The notes: a model not told the origin generated them from the letters alone. Numbered from the stretch's first letter, positions 14,470 through 30,340 are shown. The stretch is DNA of 64,000 nucleotides from the human T2T-CHM13v2.0 reference genome, Homo sapiens (GCF_009914755.1 NC_060947.1), one strand, 5' to 3'. Made by a program: numbers and translations.

Positions 14470-15318
14470 GTAGAGCTAGTATTGGGAAAATACAAAATGA
14501 GTCAGGAAGATCTTGTAGTGCCGGAAACTAAGATGGTGCTAAAAATTGAAAGAATGGGTCATGTCAAAATAACACAGGAACCAAACTTAAAAAGCTCTTG
14601 ATGGCTGAAAGTTGAAGAAATTCGAGAAACAAAATAAGTAAAGTAGTACTGGGTTCTAGCCCAAAGTATAAAATAAATATGAGTCCATACTGATATAAAT
14701 AAATATTTGGGTAAAAAATGAGGAAAAAAGATATGTTTCCCTATATAGAGAAAGTCTAAATAATTTATGTAGATACTTCTCTCTCTTCAGAGAGGCAGAA
14801 ATTAACCGTACACTTCTTGAGAGTAGACCATACTTAGAAATTTTCTTGCAAACAGTACATCATGGAAAGGAGAGAAAAAAAGAATAACTATACAGTGGAG
14901 AAACTTGACAGAAGTACCTCATCCAGGCAATCAAGGTTAACATTAACAGTGGTTTGACATGTTGATTGCATGCAATCTTTCCATGATGTGATGAATATGA
15001 AATTTTTGTGGTCTTCCTACTAAATACCCATAAAACAAATATAATCATTTAAAAGAAAAACAGCCATTTTTCAATTGGGGGTTCTACAAAATATCTAATC
15101 AGTACTCTACTCCTAAAATGTGTCAAGGTAATCAGCAACAAGGTAAATCAGAGAATCTGTCAAAGTCTAGAGATGTCTAAGGAGACATGCCAACTAAATA
15201 TAATATATTATCTTGGATGGGATTTTGTAACAGAAAAAGTACATTTGATAAAATGTCTGGAGGTTGGTTAATAATAATTTACTAATACTGGCTTCTTAGT
15301 TTTGAGAATATATACAAT
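14470..15318 (+). mobile_element. L1MC/MD-type 3' region fragment
   Basis: ATCTTGTAGTGCCGGAAACTAAG...TACAGTGGAGAAACTTGACAG...CAAGGTTAACATTAACAGTG resembles the L1MC3/MC4 3' end. Confidence 0.65.
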
Positions 15319-16494
15319 GGCTACGGTCTGAGTTACACCTCCACTTGTTACAGTTCATGATGTACAGAAAAAACTTTAAGCGAAACTTAATATATGTAAA
15401 GAGGTAGCTTTAGGCTAAACTTTGTTTAACAATTCCCGTATTTTGGTCATCTTCTCAATTTTGAGAGACTGACAAAACTTTAGTCATTTATGTTACTATC
15501 ACTATCGTAAATGTATTTATTTAATCTTGAAACCCACTGGAAAATAGCAGAACAGCAGGTTTTGTAAGATGGAAACAGGCACATCAGTTTTCTTTTCTCT
15601 TTTTTTTTGTTGTTTTAAGGCTTAAAGTAGAGTTTACTCTTTCTGTTGGAATGAATGTCTTGTTTACAAGATAAAAATTAAAACCTGGTCTGTTCTAGGA
15701 TCTATGCATTTCCTTAAAGTCTTAGTTAGATTATGTCACATTTAGCGTGAGCAACTCCATTTTGTTTTGTTCTGGTTTGTTGGAGCCTAGTGCATGAGCT
15801 GAGTAAAAAATAATGGCCTCCTATAATTTTGTTTAAAAATTTTCCCCTTTTGGTCAGGTTCTCACTTAGGTGAGAGTTTGACCAAAACTTAGGGCCCTAG
15901 CACCACTCTCAGTTACAATCATTTTGGGTTTCTAGTCTCAGAATTTTATTCATAGGTTATGTTGCCCTTATGGTCACACATTTCCTTCAGTTCTTGTCAT
16001 TCCAGTTGAAGAGAGACCATTTGACATTCTAGAGATGGCAGTATGCAAATATTTACAATTTTTGCGAGAATACAGCACACCAGGGAGACTACGACTATGA
16101 CTATTGGGAGTATAATACCAAGAGTTTGGAGCATGCTCCTTACCCAGGGTCCCCATAAAACAAACCAACTAAATCAATAGATCAAAGAATGAGCTAGATA
16201 AAGAATCTATTCACTAAACTAAGTCTCTTCACTAATCCCTACAACTGAATCTATAATACTTGATGTGATGTATTTCTCTATAGGACACAAGTGCCAGCAG
16301 CTGCACTGATACTTGTCTGTTTAGCCAGTAAGTAATCTAGAGAAATTCTAAGATTTAGCATAACTCTCACAAGAGAATTTAAAGTCTGTTGTGTAACCAT
16401 AGCCTTTACAATAGTATCTGCTACAGAGCCTATCATGAGGGATACATTTCTAATCATTGCCTTTTTTACTCCAAATCATGGAAAAATTAAAACC

Positions 16495-17650
<1,156 letters not shown>

Positions 17651-19504
17651 AGATTCCATCTGCTTCTGTCAAGAAACTTCCCTGTTTAGCATTACCTTAA
17701 GGGTTCCAATGGGTGCACAGTGCCAAGAGTGTGGAGGGACCCTTCTCAGTAGTGAGATTATGAACCTAAGGTTCAAGGTTCTGAAGTTTTGCTGCAGTGT
17801 GAATGGCAAGGATAGTCATTCTCTAATGTTCTTAGAAGATCCAGTCTTCGGGTTCTAGATTGTGAAGAGTTGATTGTTTTAAGTCAGTGAACCATAAAAA
17901 GCTTTATTTACCTGGTGAAAATATACGGTGGCATAATAATCGACTGTTGTATGTATCAGCCCTCTTGCAAAGGAAAGCTTTTATACGAGAAAACATGCAT
18001 TGAAAAGGACAATTGAATGAAATCCCTCTATAAATGTTTAAGTGGCTTACCAGGTAGCTGAACGTACCTGAAGTTTTTATTGTCTTCTCAGGAATATGGG
18101 TTTGACAAATCAAACATTGGTCATAAACTGTTTTAGCAATTTAGAAGTGACCACACCAATATATATTTCATTTGGATTATTTCATCTTTTCCATAATGAG
18201 TCATGGAATGCAGAACCTTTAATAACAAAAGCTTTAAGGACTCAGGAAAGACAACGTGGCTGTCTTGGTTCTCCATGAGTCCATGCTTAACATCGGACTT
18301 ATATCTGCTTGAATACCAGTTGTTTTTCCAATTTAGGTGCATAGCACTTATAACTAATGGGTTTTCATTGGTAATTTGACTGAGACCATGGAGTTCATTC
18401 AGATTGTATATCTAAACAATTTCCATGTTGGTTGATTTAACTTGAAAATCTGGAAAATATTTTCTTGATATTCAATTAAATTTTGTTCTACTTGGATTAG
18501 CAATTTTATAAACCAGTCAGTCTTTTAATTAAAGTTCCAGGAATTCTTAAACAGTCCAAATGATATGACTCTAAAGTTTCCAGAAATGTGTATTCAAGAG
18601 TGCTTTTCAGGGTCCTTTGCATCCTCTCATGAACCTCCTAAAAGACATCATATTCTAGGATTTTGTGTGCTTGTGAATTTTTCAGAAACTACATCAGCAT
18701 TAAGCAATTTACTGTGGAAATGACTACAAATAGTCATAGTTAAAAACACAATTGACAAGGAAATTTGGTTATTTCTGTGGTCTACAATAACTTAACCTAA
18801 TAACCATAATTCTTAATTGATTGATAGTATATAGTCAGACATATTAGAATTTTAGAAATCTCATACAATTTTGAAACATATATTAATAACATTCACTAAA
18901 ATATAACCCGAAAAACGTTAAACATCATTTATTTTGACAACAATTTCCATGTAACTTAACATGTCAAATCATCCTGTTTACCTCTCTTTTGGATGTTTCA
19001 GGGGCCCGCTGTAGCATCCCAAAGTTAGTGATCAGAAAAGACAATTTTGAAGCTGAAATTTTATTTGGGGCAGACTATCAAATATGTTAAAGGTCTAAAA
19101 CACTTGAGAATTCCAGGTCACCAAAAGTCATTTATTTAGCCAAAATGATGACTCAAAGATTTTAAAAAGGCAAAAACCTTTACTCATTGATAAATGGAAG
19201 ACTTAGATTTTCAGATAATCTGTCTCTTGTTTTTCCATTTTTTTCCTGTAGTTTACTCAAAAGGCAAACAAAATCTTTTATTATTTTTAGTATTACATGA
19301 AAATCTTATTCAAGACAGAAAGCCAAATTTCATCCTTGTATTAGTATACTATTGTCAACCCCAATTTTTAATAAAACCTTGTATACAAATCTATTCAATC
19401 TTAATCACTTTGATTATAAGGTGAGACTCTCATAAACCTTTTTATAACCCTTTACAAATTTTTGTTAAAGAGTAGATTAGTGCTCTGAGAAAATCCTGTT
19501 GTTC

Positions 19505-19812
19505 TTTGTTGTTGTTGTTGTTGTTGTTTTTAGACAGTCTCCCTCTGCCACCCAGGCTGGAGTGCACTGGCACAATCTTGGCTAAATACAACCTCTGTCT
19601 CCTGGGTTCAAGTGATTCTCCTGCCGCAGCCTCCCAAGTAACTGGGATTACAGTCATGCGTCATCATGCCCAGTTAATTTTTGTGTTTTTAGTAGAGATA
19701 GGGTTTCACCATGTTGGCCAGGCTAGTCTCAAACTTCTGACCTCAAGTGATCCACCCACCTGGGCCTCCTAAAGTGCTTGGATTTCCGGCATGAGTCACC
19801 ACGACTTGTGCC
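19505..19812 (-). mobile_element. AluS with (TTG)n tail, inserted in the MER57 internal region
   Basis: Reverse Alu dimer; TSD CCTGTTGT(T/G)CTTT. Confidence 0.93.
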
Positions 19813-22272
19813 CCTGTTGTGCTTTTATTCCAATGTTCAATTTATGGAAAAACCAAATGTTACTCCTTTAAATAGCCAATATTGTCATTCACAGAATTTC
19901 TTTTTACAAGATTAATTTTTTACAAACCTTCAACAACTTGCTCAAACATTTAGCTTTATTCTATCTTACTAGGCAAAAATTTACATTCCAGGGCCTTCTT
20001 ATGATCTTTTACTAAAAGCACATTTCACTTTCTTCACATACCTTGCATGTAAAACTGTTTTTTCAGTAGTCTTGATTTCATGTTACAATGTTAACTCTTA
20101 GCAATTTTTATTTGTGGTAAAAAAAACCTGGTAAGTTATTTTATTGGAGTAATGAGCTGTTAGAAGTTATTTTATTTCCTCTCATGTGTGCATCAACAGT
20201 GGCAAGAAGACAAAATGGAGAAAAGCTATCCAGTTGACTGAAAAAAAAAAAAAACAAGATCTATGAAGAGAATAAAATCATAAAGGCCTTTCAAATGTAT
20301 GTGTAGCTTGGTGATCCACTTTTAATTAAGCTGACTTTTAGCCATAGCCCTCTTTTTTAAAAGTCCTTTTAAATTTCTTGTTACCCTACTTTAGCCCGCC
20401 CAGATTGCCAATATTTCTGGCTTTTAAACTTTACAAAAGCAACATCACGGGTGAATTCAACAAGCCTTAACTAAGGTTATGACCTAACCATGAGTGTATG
20501 AGGTATTTTGAAAGAGGTGGTTAGCAGATTTTATAAGATCTAGAATCTCCAAAGATAGCTCAGAGAAAGGAAGATTCAAGAAGGGAAGATAGAGGTTGTT
20601 CATGGAGGGGCTGAAAATCAACAAAGGGCCAAAGTTACACAGATATCTAACCAGAAAGTACTCATTCTCTAAGCCGGGAATTGAACCCTGAACCTGGGTT
20701 GTCATGGTGAAAAGACAAAGCCTTAGCCACAAAGCTACATCATTGACAGTTTCCATTGCTCTTCCCAGAAGTAGTCTAGAGTAGCCAATTTTGATCTTGC
20801 AAAGGCTTTTAACTTCTTGAAATAATGTTTAGAGCTAACTATGACATGAACCCTAAAATTCTTGTTCCCTGGATGGCAGAGATAGAGAGAAAGTACTGCC
20901 ACATGGTTACAAAGTCAAGCCCCCAAGGACATAAAACAAGACAAGATGGAGACCTCATTCAGTTTCTTTGTTAGTTTCGGGGAACTGAAGCAAAATTTGT
21001 CACTGACCAGCTTGCTGGGCCATCTTAAATAACAAGCTAATGTGGTCCTAAGCCCATGTTCTATCCCAAGTACCCCTCTTCATGACAGAACAACACAGAA
21101 AGACAAATTCATAGCACAAAGTACACCAGATTTGCTACAGCTTAAGACTAGCCTAATGAATCCTTTTTCTTATTAATTAAAAATGTGCAAGAGATAGGGA
21201 TTTTTACCATTCCCACTACTGGTTTGCAGAGAGAGAGAGAAGCATTGCCTGCAGCAGGGTAGAGAAGGTGAGGTGCTCAGGAAGGTCAGAGAAAGACCCA
21301 CCCATTGCAGCAATACTTAACCAAAAATTCAGGTAGCTGCTTGCTGGTCACAAAGGGATCATTTTCAGCAGTCCCATTAGCTCTCATGTTTCCCCGTTTG
21401 GGCAGCAAAAGTTCCCCATGTTCCATGGTCCTGTACATGCCTAATCCTGTTAACCACAGCAGCCATCAGAAAAGAGTGCAAGGCAGATTTAATTTTTTAA
21501 AAATGAATTAGTTGCTTAAGCTTTTTATTTTCCTTTCATAAAGTTTTAAGATAAAAATATTAGAATCTTTTTAGGAGCTCCTGCATATCGATAGGCATCC
21601 CTAGATGAGACTAATTTGGGAGTGCCTATTTTCAAATGCACTTCAGTGCTGTGTTGTTAATTTGGAACGTTCCACTGTAAATGATCTTTATTAAGATTTT
21701 GTCATTTCTGTAAGACTTTGCTCCTTCCAGAGCCTAACACTTGTCCATGTATAAGCCGAAAGAAGCTCAGTTCTTCAGAAATTAAGGATCCCATTTTTAC
21801 CTAAAATACTGGCTTTGCTCTCAGGTTCCGTTGATCAACTTAGCCAGCAATTTTTTCCAACCTAAGCATGCATGAAAAGTGAAACAAAAGGGTAGAACAC
21901 AAAAATCCCTGCGAATTTCCAAAAGCCAAATTTTATACCCCCTGCAATATTACTATTTACTACCTGTTTCTTTCTGACCCAGTCAGATGTAAAAGGCCTC
22001 TAACTGGATCCAAGCCAGTTAGTTACCGGATCTAATCTAATCAAGGACCCAGTTCAGTTTCTGTCGTGACTGCTGGACCCAGTTTGGATCAGAAAATTGT
22101 TCAAAGAAACTTGGAGAGCTTAAAACAAAAATTCATGGAGCTTTGGAATCCAAGAGAGAACTTACCACAATCCCCAGCTGCTCTGAGAGCTCGAGCGATG
22201 GGCACAACAGGTGGTTGAGTACATTGCTTTGTCACTCAGCGCTCCTGGGGGTCGTTAGAAGCTCTACTTTGG

Positions 22273-22290
22273 ATCTCACTTCTGATGCCA
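22273..22290 (-). promoter_or_regulatory. Retroviral primer-binding site, tRNA-Leu-like
   Basis: Minus strand TGGCATCAGAAGTGAGAT, 2 nt inside the 5' LTR; 15/18 match to TGGTGTCAGAAGTGGGAT, the complement of the tRNA-Leu 3' end. Confidence 0.7.
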
Positions 22291-23564
22291 TCTGTTAAAA
22301 GAAAAACTTCAGCCAAATTAAATTTAAAGAAGTTTAATTGCGCAATGGATGATTCACGAATTAGGCAGCCTCCTGAGCTAGAGCAGGCACTGGGACTCCA
22401 GCACAGCGACATAGTGGAAGATGATTTATGGACAGAAAAAGGAAAGTGACATACAGTAAATGGAAGTAAGGTACAGAAACAGCTGAATTGGTTACAGCTT
22501 GGCATTTGACTTATTTGAACATGGTTTGAACAGTTGGCTACATTTGATTGGCCAAAACTAGGTGATTGGCACAAGTATAGGCTGTCGTCTGGGTTATACC
22601 TCCACTTGTTATAGTTCACGATGTACAGAAAAACCTTTAGGCTGAACTTAAAATATGTAAGGAGGCAGCTTTAGGCTAAACTTTATTTAACACCTCTAAA
22701 TCAAGCAATCAAAATAATAGAAATCTGAGTTCATGATTTATATTTATGTGCACACAAAAAATAAACGATTTTGTTTATCATAAGGCTTGTTCGTCCAGGA
22801 GGTAAAAGGAAGAATAACAATCAAATGGTTGAAGATTTTATGACCTGAATACTTGAATTCTAAAGCCAGGAAAATTTGCCTGTAGTTCCGTTCAATATAC
22901 CTCAACACAGACACAAGTTTGTTTTTAAAAGAAGCTCATTGAGTTGCAAAGAAAAGACTCACTCAAGCTGGTTCAGATAAAGAAAAGCTTGTTGTGATGG
23001 GCAGGCAGAACAAAATAATTTACAGACTGTCATTTATTCTGAGAATTGCAGAAAGATTATCTGGTTTTAATGCTTTGTAGGAGAGCTCTAAAGCAGGAAT
23101 ATGGTTGCAAATAAAAATTCAGGATCAAAATTGCTTAGAGCTAATTGTAGCCTCCATAATTCATTAGGAGTATGATTTTAGGCAAATTACCTAAAGCCTC
23201 GGTATTTTTTTTAATTTTCAAAAGGGAAATAATACTAACAACCTTGTAGAGATTTTGTGAAAAATCAATGAAATCATATTACTAGTTTTCATGGTAGATT
23301 TAGTATCTGGTAAATGCTAACTATCATTATTAAAATTATGTATGTCTGTCTCTTGCAGCACCACTGCAGAATGCCAAAATATTTTTATACTTCTAGTTTT
23401 AATTAACAATTTTAATTTATATTTATCATAGCTATTAGGAGCAGCTCTTTACATCAGGATATGTGATTGTCTGCTGTAGCCTGTAAATGACTTACCCTTG
23501 GATACAGTTAGTTAGCTGCAGTTAAGAGACTGGAATCACATGGTACAAAAATCGACTGCCTAAG

Positions 23565-24112
23565 TGTCAGAGGCATGTGAACAAGAGCAACTACATCTTA
23601 ATTAGGTACTGGGTAAAATGAGGCTAAGACCTACTGGGCTGCATTCCCAGACAGTTAAGGCATTGTAAGTCACAGGATGAGATAGGAGGTCAGCACAAGA
23701 TACAGGTCATAAAGACCATGCTGATAAAACATTGCAGTAAAGTAGCTGGCTAAAACTCAAAAAAACCAAGATGGCCAGGAGAGTTACCTCTGGTCATCCT
23801 CTGCTACACTACCACCAGCGCCATGACAGTTTACAAATACCATGGCAATGTCAGGAAGTTACCCTGTATGGTCTAAAAGGGGAGATAGGAATAATCCAAC
23901 ACTTGTTTAAAATATAATCAAAAAATAACCATAAAAATGGGCAAACATTAGCCCTCAGAGCTGTTCTGTCTGTAGAGTAGCCATTCATTATTGTTTTACT
24001 TCCCTAATAAACTTGCTTTTACTTTACTCTATGGACTCTCCCTGAATTGTTTCTTGCAGGAAATCCAAAAACCCTCTCTTGGGGCCTGGATCGGGACCCC
24101 TTTTCCTTAACA
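23565..24112 (+). mobile_element. MER41A solo LTR
   Basis: TGTCAGAGGCATGTGAAC...GGACCCCTTTTCCTTAACA; 4-bp TSD TAAG/CAAG; lacks the MER41B insert carrying GAS sites. Confidence 0.88.
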
Positions 24113-24157
24113 CAAGCAACAGGGGCTTAAGACTGTGGGATTTCCATAAAAAAAAGT

Positions 24158-24395
24158 GATGGGAGTTAAACAATGTGTGCACATGAACACAGAGTGTGGA
24201 ATGATAGAAACTTGATCCTTAGAATGGTGGGAGGGTGAGAGGTGGTTTAGGGGTGAAAAAAATCACTTAATGGATGTAATGTACATTATTCCAGTGATGG
24301 AGACACCAAAAGCTCAGGCGTCACCACTGTGCAATATACCCATGTAACAAAATTGCACTTGTACTGCATAAATCTATACAAATATAAAAAACAAG
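24158..24395 (+). mobile_element. L1PB4-like 3'UTR fragment
   Basis: CACAGAGTGTGGAATGATAG...CCATGTAACAAAATTGCACTTGTAC followed by A-rich end. Confidence 0.75.
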
Positions 24396-24938
24396 AAATG
24401 TGGACATGGCAAGAAATAATTGATGGCATTATCCAATGCAATTACTTTCTCCCGTGATGGAAATGTATAATTTTCAAACATTAAAAACAACAATAAAGAA
24501 GAAAATAGCTTGAGAACAATGAGTTAATAAAATACATAATCTTTTGAGAAGCAGTGAATAGATTAAGGAGTTGCATGAATCAGAGAGATTTTGCTATTGT
24601 TTTTATAAAGGGTTAGTGAAGCCTGAAGATATATTGCTGAGTGTCTTTAGTGGCAAACCAAAATATTCAAATAAAGGCATTCCATTAATCATTTAATTCA
24701 ATTCTAATTGCTCATGAATAATTTCCTCTCAGTTTTTGTCGTTGTTATTCACCAGCAAGTGAAAAGCTGATATTGAATTGAGTGATAGTCAACATTATTG
24801 TGATTTTTTCTTTTTATAAAGTAACCAGTTACCTTTCTCAATTCTTGCTTCACTTTCATGGGTAGATAAAATTTGAACAGATTCTTACCTTCTCTTTGTA
24901 TTGCATACAGCATTTCTGAATCTCACTGTTCATGAATA

Positions 24939-25718
24939 TGAGGACTAAACTCTGTTTTTTTTTTTTTTAATCTTGCCCAAATTCCTATTTAAGGGGTCTA
25001 GGGAGTCATGCCCTACAAACCATAAACCACAAATTCTCATCAGATGGGTTTTATTTGACCCTGTATATTGTGACTTACTTTCCAATCTGACTCTGGCATA
25101 ATATTATGAGACAAGGAAAAAAATCAAAATATTTCACTCCAAAATATATTTCCTTGCCATACCTTGAAATTGCCCTGCAAATTATCTTGTGGGAAAAATC
25201 CACATTCTATAGAAAATCCCCTTTCCCCTTTGTTTTCCTTCCTTCCTTTCCAGATCCAGGAGATAATCAACTAAGACCTAGGCACCATTTTAGGTCCAAT
25301 AAGAAATATTTTACAACCTGCTTTCTCTAAACTCTGCTATCTGAGAGCTTCCTCTGCACAATAAAACTTGATCTCCACAATCCTTTATGCTAACCTGAAC
25401 ATTTCCTTTCTATTGATCCCAGTTCTTCAGATAAACTCAACCGATTGTCAACCAGAAAATGTCTAAATTTTCCTATAGCCTGGAAGCCCCTGATTTCAGT
25501 TGTCATGCCTTTCTAAACCAAACCAATGCATTTCTTAAATGTATTTGATTAATGTCTTATGCCTCCCTAAAATATACAAAACCAAGCTGTGCCCCGACCA
25601 CCTTGGGCACATGTTCTCAGGGCCTCCTGAGGGCTGTGTCATGGGCCATGGTCACTCATATTTGGCTCACAATAAATCTCTTCAAATATTTTACAGAGTT
25701 TGACTCTTTTCATCAACA
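24939..25718 (+). mobile_element. MER4-family (MER4D/E-like) solo LTR
   Basis: TGAGGACTAAACTCTG...AATATTTTACAGAGTTTGACTCTTTTCATCAACA; perfect 4-bp TSD AATA at 24935-24938 and 25719-25722. Confidence 0.88.
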
Positions 25719-28559
25719 AATACATAAATGGCTGTCCATAGGGAGTCTAACCAATGTTGAAAATTAAGTAAAATTTGTTAAATTGGATATTTAAAGGAAA
25801 TAGGCAAAGAAACTAAAACCAACCAGAGTGGAAAAACAATAATGCAAGTGTTATGTTTGTAGTTTTAGCCTGGTAAATATAAGCAATAGGTCATGTTGTT
25901 CCAAAGATACGGGATTATTGTCTGAAGAAAATGTTTAAATAAGGAGGAAGAAACAAAATAAACATATTTTTCAAAATATCTATCAGTCAGAATAGAAGTA
26001 AAGAAAGCTCCCTTTCCAATCTGCTCAGAATGCAAAAATTACAGGATGCAAAATACATCACAGATAGTTGTACTTCCAGTATGTCCCAGACAGTAAACAC
26101 TATGTATTTCCAATAATTTTATTTTATTTTTCTGGGGCAGAGGGAAAGTTAAAAGGTGATAGATGAAGAAAAAATGATATTTCACAAATACATTGAGTTT
26201 AGAATATGGATCCATAATAAACATATACCTTGTTTGCTTACAAAATCCACTGACAGTTTTTAGAATAAGGATAATAGATCAGAGCATCCAGTAACCAAAA
26301 ACTGTTATCTGTGACAAACACAATACACAGAAATTAGCATCTTCAGATTATTGAACCAAAGGTTTTGTAACCTATTTTTTATTTCAGAATTCCGGTGGTT
26401 TGTCTGCTTTATTAGTTAAATAATAATTTACTCATTTTTTATATACTTTTATAATAGATTTTGAATTAGTTTGCATTTGCAAAGCAACCCCATGGTAGCT
26501 CAACAGCAAAAGTCTTTCACTTAATATAAACTGTACATTTGATTTCCAAAAAGTTGAAATAATGAGTCATTTTCCCCTTTGTGATAAGTAATTTATTACA
26601 ACCACAGTGATTATTACAGCATTCCATTAATTAGAATTTTACTAACACCAAGTCCTGCCTAATTGCTCTTAGTTTTTTCCTCATGAAAGCACTTTTACTT
26701 TTATTATTGTAATTAAGAAGGTGAGGCAAAATTAAAAGCATTTCTGTTATTTCACAAAATTGGATTAACAAGGTGAATATTTCACAATATGACAAATGTG
26801 CATAGTATGCTACTTGTCAAAGTCATTCTTAATAATTTACTCTGCCGTCTGTGTTTTATAAATTCTATTTCCCTTTGAACTATTTTTGTGGTTTTTCTTT
26901 TAATTTTACTTTTATGTTTAATTGATAGGGCTTCCTTCAGCCGTTATTAGAAGTCTCTTCAATGCTGTTCACTTCTTATAATTGTTTTATTATTTAAACA
27001 TGCTGCAATTCAAAATGCCATTCTTTAGTGTCTCTTAATTAGTTCATTCTACTTACATTAACCCTTTGGTCTGCTTTCATTGGATTTTTGCTCTGACTTT
27101 GTACTCTGCCCATTCATGTCAAAAACAGCCTGTTTCAATTCACCTATTTTTTTTTTTTTACTTTGTCATTGCCATGATTTAGAAAGTGCCATTTCTTTAT
27201 GATAATAAACACTAAAGCATGAATCACTGAATCATAGAAATTATGAGTATATGTTTCTAGAAAAGGGTTACTTTGAATAAGAAATGGAAAAAGAGGAGGG
27301 AGTATTTCCCTACTAGATATACTTTTAAGCAACCTATATCTCCATAAATGAACAGATCAGCATAATGTGAAGAATAGTAAAAGAGTAAAACAATAAGGTT
27401 TCATGAAAATTTTGTGTAAAATGAGCTACTGAATTAATAAAAATGAAGTTAAAATTAGTGCTCAGTTTGACAAAAAAAAATGCTTTCATTTGGTTTAAAA
27501 CAGCAAGAGAAATTTCTGTTTCAGCCAAGAAAGTGTTAGCTGCTTGATACAACCAACCAGATCCATTACTTTAGAGTGAAACTGCAGAGAAGTATTCTGA
27601 ATATGTGTGTATACTTGGTCAAAGGCACAGGACCTTTTATATAGATTTTTAGAGGATATTATGAGTTTCAAAGGCATTACTACTACATAAGAATTTCTAA
27701 TAATCCTCATATTATTCAAGATATTTACATGTATACACAGTACTTTAAACATAGATCCGTAGTGTCAGAATTTCACTAAGCCTGGATTTTACCCTAAAGA
27801 GAAAGGGCTTTGAGTCTGAATAAAAAATTTGATGTTTAAGAATATTTACCTCTTAATTTTCTCTGCAACCTCAAGTTTCTGGCAGATGAAAACATTTCTA
27901 GCTTGTCTCTCTGTCACATTTGCCTTAAGAGGCTGCTATATTTAAATGTAAATTTTCATATTCAAGATTAACCTAGTAAGCATATTATTTGAAATAATAG
28001 AACTCAAAACTAAGTGTACATATATGTATATGTCTGCATATTTATATTTTTTAACCCTGAAGATACTTTAGAAATTGAGCAGTAATTTTTATTAACACAT
28101 TTTTAAAGATTTTTAATAAAAGGATTGATATTTTTATTTTTACTAATTTATAGAGTTCCTAAACAAGCAAAGTTAGTGTTGATTTCTTACAATACTATAA
28201 TCGACATTATGCTATTCTGTTTAAGAATTGTTATTTTTGGTTATTGTAGGTTTGTGTGATGTTAGTATTAAAAATGTCAAAGACAAATTCATATGGCTAT
28301 CAATCAGAGATCATTGATCTACGAATGATGATTTGAATTGCCACCCTCTTAAGAAATCTTGTATTTCTGGCAGTGACAAATCTAAAACTCAAAACATATT
28401 TATATACACAAAGGAAATTTTAGAAGAATACTCCAAGTTACTGTAAAGAATGGAGTGTTATTCACTTACAATCACCTTTACTCCTTTCTCTCTGTCATAT
28501 ATATTTTTTCCTGCTAAAAAACTTTATGAGCACAGTCCATATTTCAAATACACTCTAAC

Positions 28560-28989
28560 TATACTACTACCCTTCGTAGCAAAAATCCTAGAATAATTTT
28601 GTATTTTTTTTCTTTAAATCACTGCTTATTCTCAACTAGGTTTTCACCCATACCTCTCCTAAGAGACTTATCTTTGCAAGATTATCAATAATGTACATTT
28701 GCCAAAGTCAGTGGTGAATCCATTTTCTTCTTATTTATCCTCTTTAGATACAACTGAACATTCTCTCATTACAGAAACATGTTTGTTCTCTAGGCTCTTG
28801 TAATGTTTTATTCTTCTCCTATATCTCCTGCTATTTAAATGTTGAATTCAAATGAGCTTTCTTCAGTTTTCTTTTGTTTTCAATATATAGTTTTGTCTAA
28901 GTAATTTTATCTAGTGCCATAGTTTTAACATCAGTATTCAACCACCGACTAAATATTTCAAATGGGATCTCAAATAGTGATTTCCAACT

Positions 28990-29032
<43 letters not shown>

Positions 29033-30340
29033 ATACATATACTATTCTGACCCAATCTGCTTCTTCCTAGGCTTCCCCATTTCAATAAATAGTACCTATT
29101 TGTTCAGGCCCAGAACCAAGAAATATCTTTGATTCCTCTCTTTCCTGATATTCAAGCCCATTCTATTTACACATTCTGTAGCCTGTACTTCTAAGAAACG
29201 AAAAAATCTAAACATTTCTTTAAAATTCGACTACTACTACTGGAGTGGGAGGTTGAGGGGGAAGTAGGGATGGTTAATGGGTACAAAAACTAGTTAGAAA
29301 AATGAATAAGACCTTCTATTTGATAGTACCACAGCATGACTATAGTCAATAATAACTTAATTGTACATTTTAAAATAACTAAAAGAGTGTAATTGGATTG
29401 TTTGCAACTCAAAGGATAAATGCTTGAGGAGATGGACACCCCATTCTCCATGATGTGTTTATTTCACATTGCATGCCTGTATCAAAACCTCTCATGTACC
29501 CCATAAATATATATATAGCTACTATGTACCCACAAAAGTAATTAAAGAAATTCTATTACTACTTTGTTAAAAACACCATCTTATCTTGTCTGGATTATGA
29601 TGGGAAACAAACAAACAAAATTCCTAACTTGTCTCTCTGCCTTTATTCTAGTCAGAATTTGTTCAAAACAATAAGCAAAATAAGCGTTTTTAAGAGTATA
29701 TAAAATTGCATCACACTCTTGCTTAAACTTTAGTGGCTTCCCATAGTACAAATAATATTAACCAAAACAACTTATCATGGCCTTTAAAACCCGCTGACTA
29801 TCGCCCCTTCTTCACCTCCTTCCATTCTTGCCACCTACCACTATATTCAGCCTCACTGGGCTTTTTCTGCCCCTTGTATACTCCAAGTCTAATCTCATAT
29901 CAAGTAATGTATTACTATGCCTTCTTGGAACAGCCTTATCCTAGATCTTTGCTTGGCTGCTTCCTTTTCATGATTCAAGTCTCAATTAAATATCTCCTTC
30001 TCAGATACACTTTCCATAGATACCATATTTAAATCAGTTAAATAGCCATCATTTTCCACGGCTACTATATTTAATCAGTAGGTCATCAGCTACTATATTT
30101 AATCAGTAGCCATCACTTTTCATGGCTACTATATTTAAAATAGTGTCATGCTTTTACTTTATTAAATGATATTTTTCATTGAATTAATCATTGACTGAAT
30201 TTTTTTTTACTTATTTGTTCATGTGTATATACGGCACGGTCTCACTCTCTCTCTCTATTTCATTGACAGCTAAGTCCTCAGCATGTAAACTAAGGCATGA
30301 AAATCATTAGCAGTTCAAAAGATATTTATTGACTAATTTA
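28560..30340 (+). mobile_element. Degenerate L2 LINE fragments with a (TG)n tract at 28996-29031
   Basis: L2-like text (ATCAATAATGTACATTTGCCAAAGTCAGTGG; TTGTTCAGGCCCAGAACCAAGAAATATCTTTGATTCCTCTC; GATATTTATTGACTAAT). Confidence 0.6.
29241..29547 (+). mobile_element. L1MA1-3-like 3' end inserted in L2
   Basis: GGGATGGTTAATGGGTACAAAAA...ACTATGTACCCACAAAA; flanked by the imperfect TSD AAATTC(G/T)A(C/T)TACTACT. Confidence 0.85.

Noticed and set aside
23565-24112. MER41 as an interferon-inducible STAT1 enhancer
   Set aside because: It reads GGTCTAAAAGGGGAGATAGGAATAATCC, the MER41A form lacking the tandem GAS (TTCNNNGAA) segment of MER41B.
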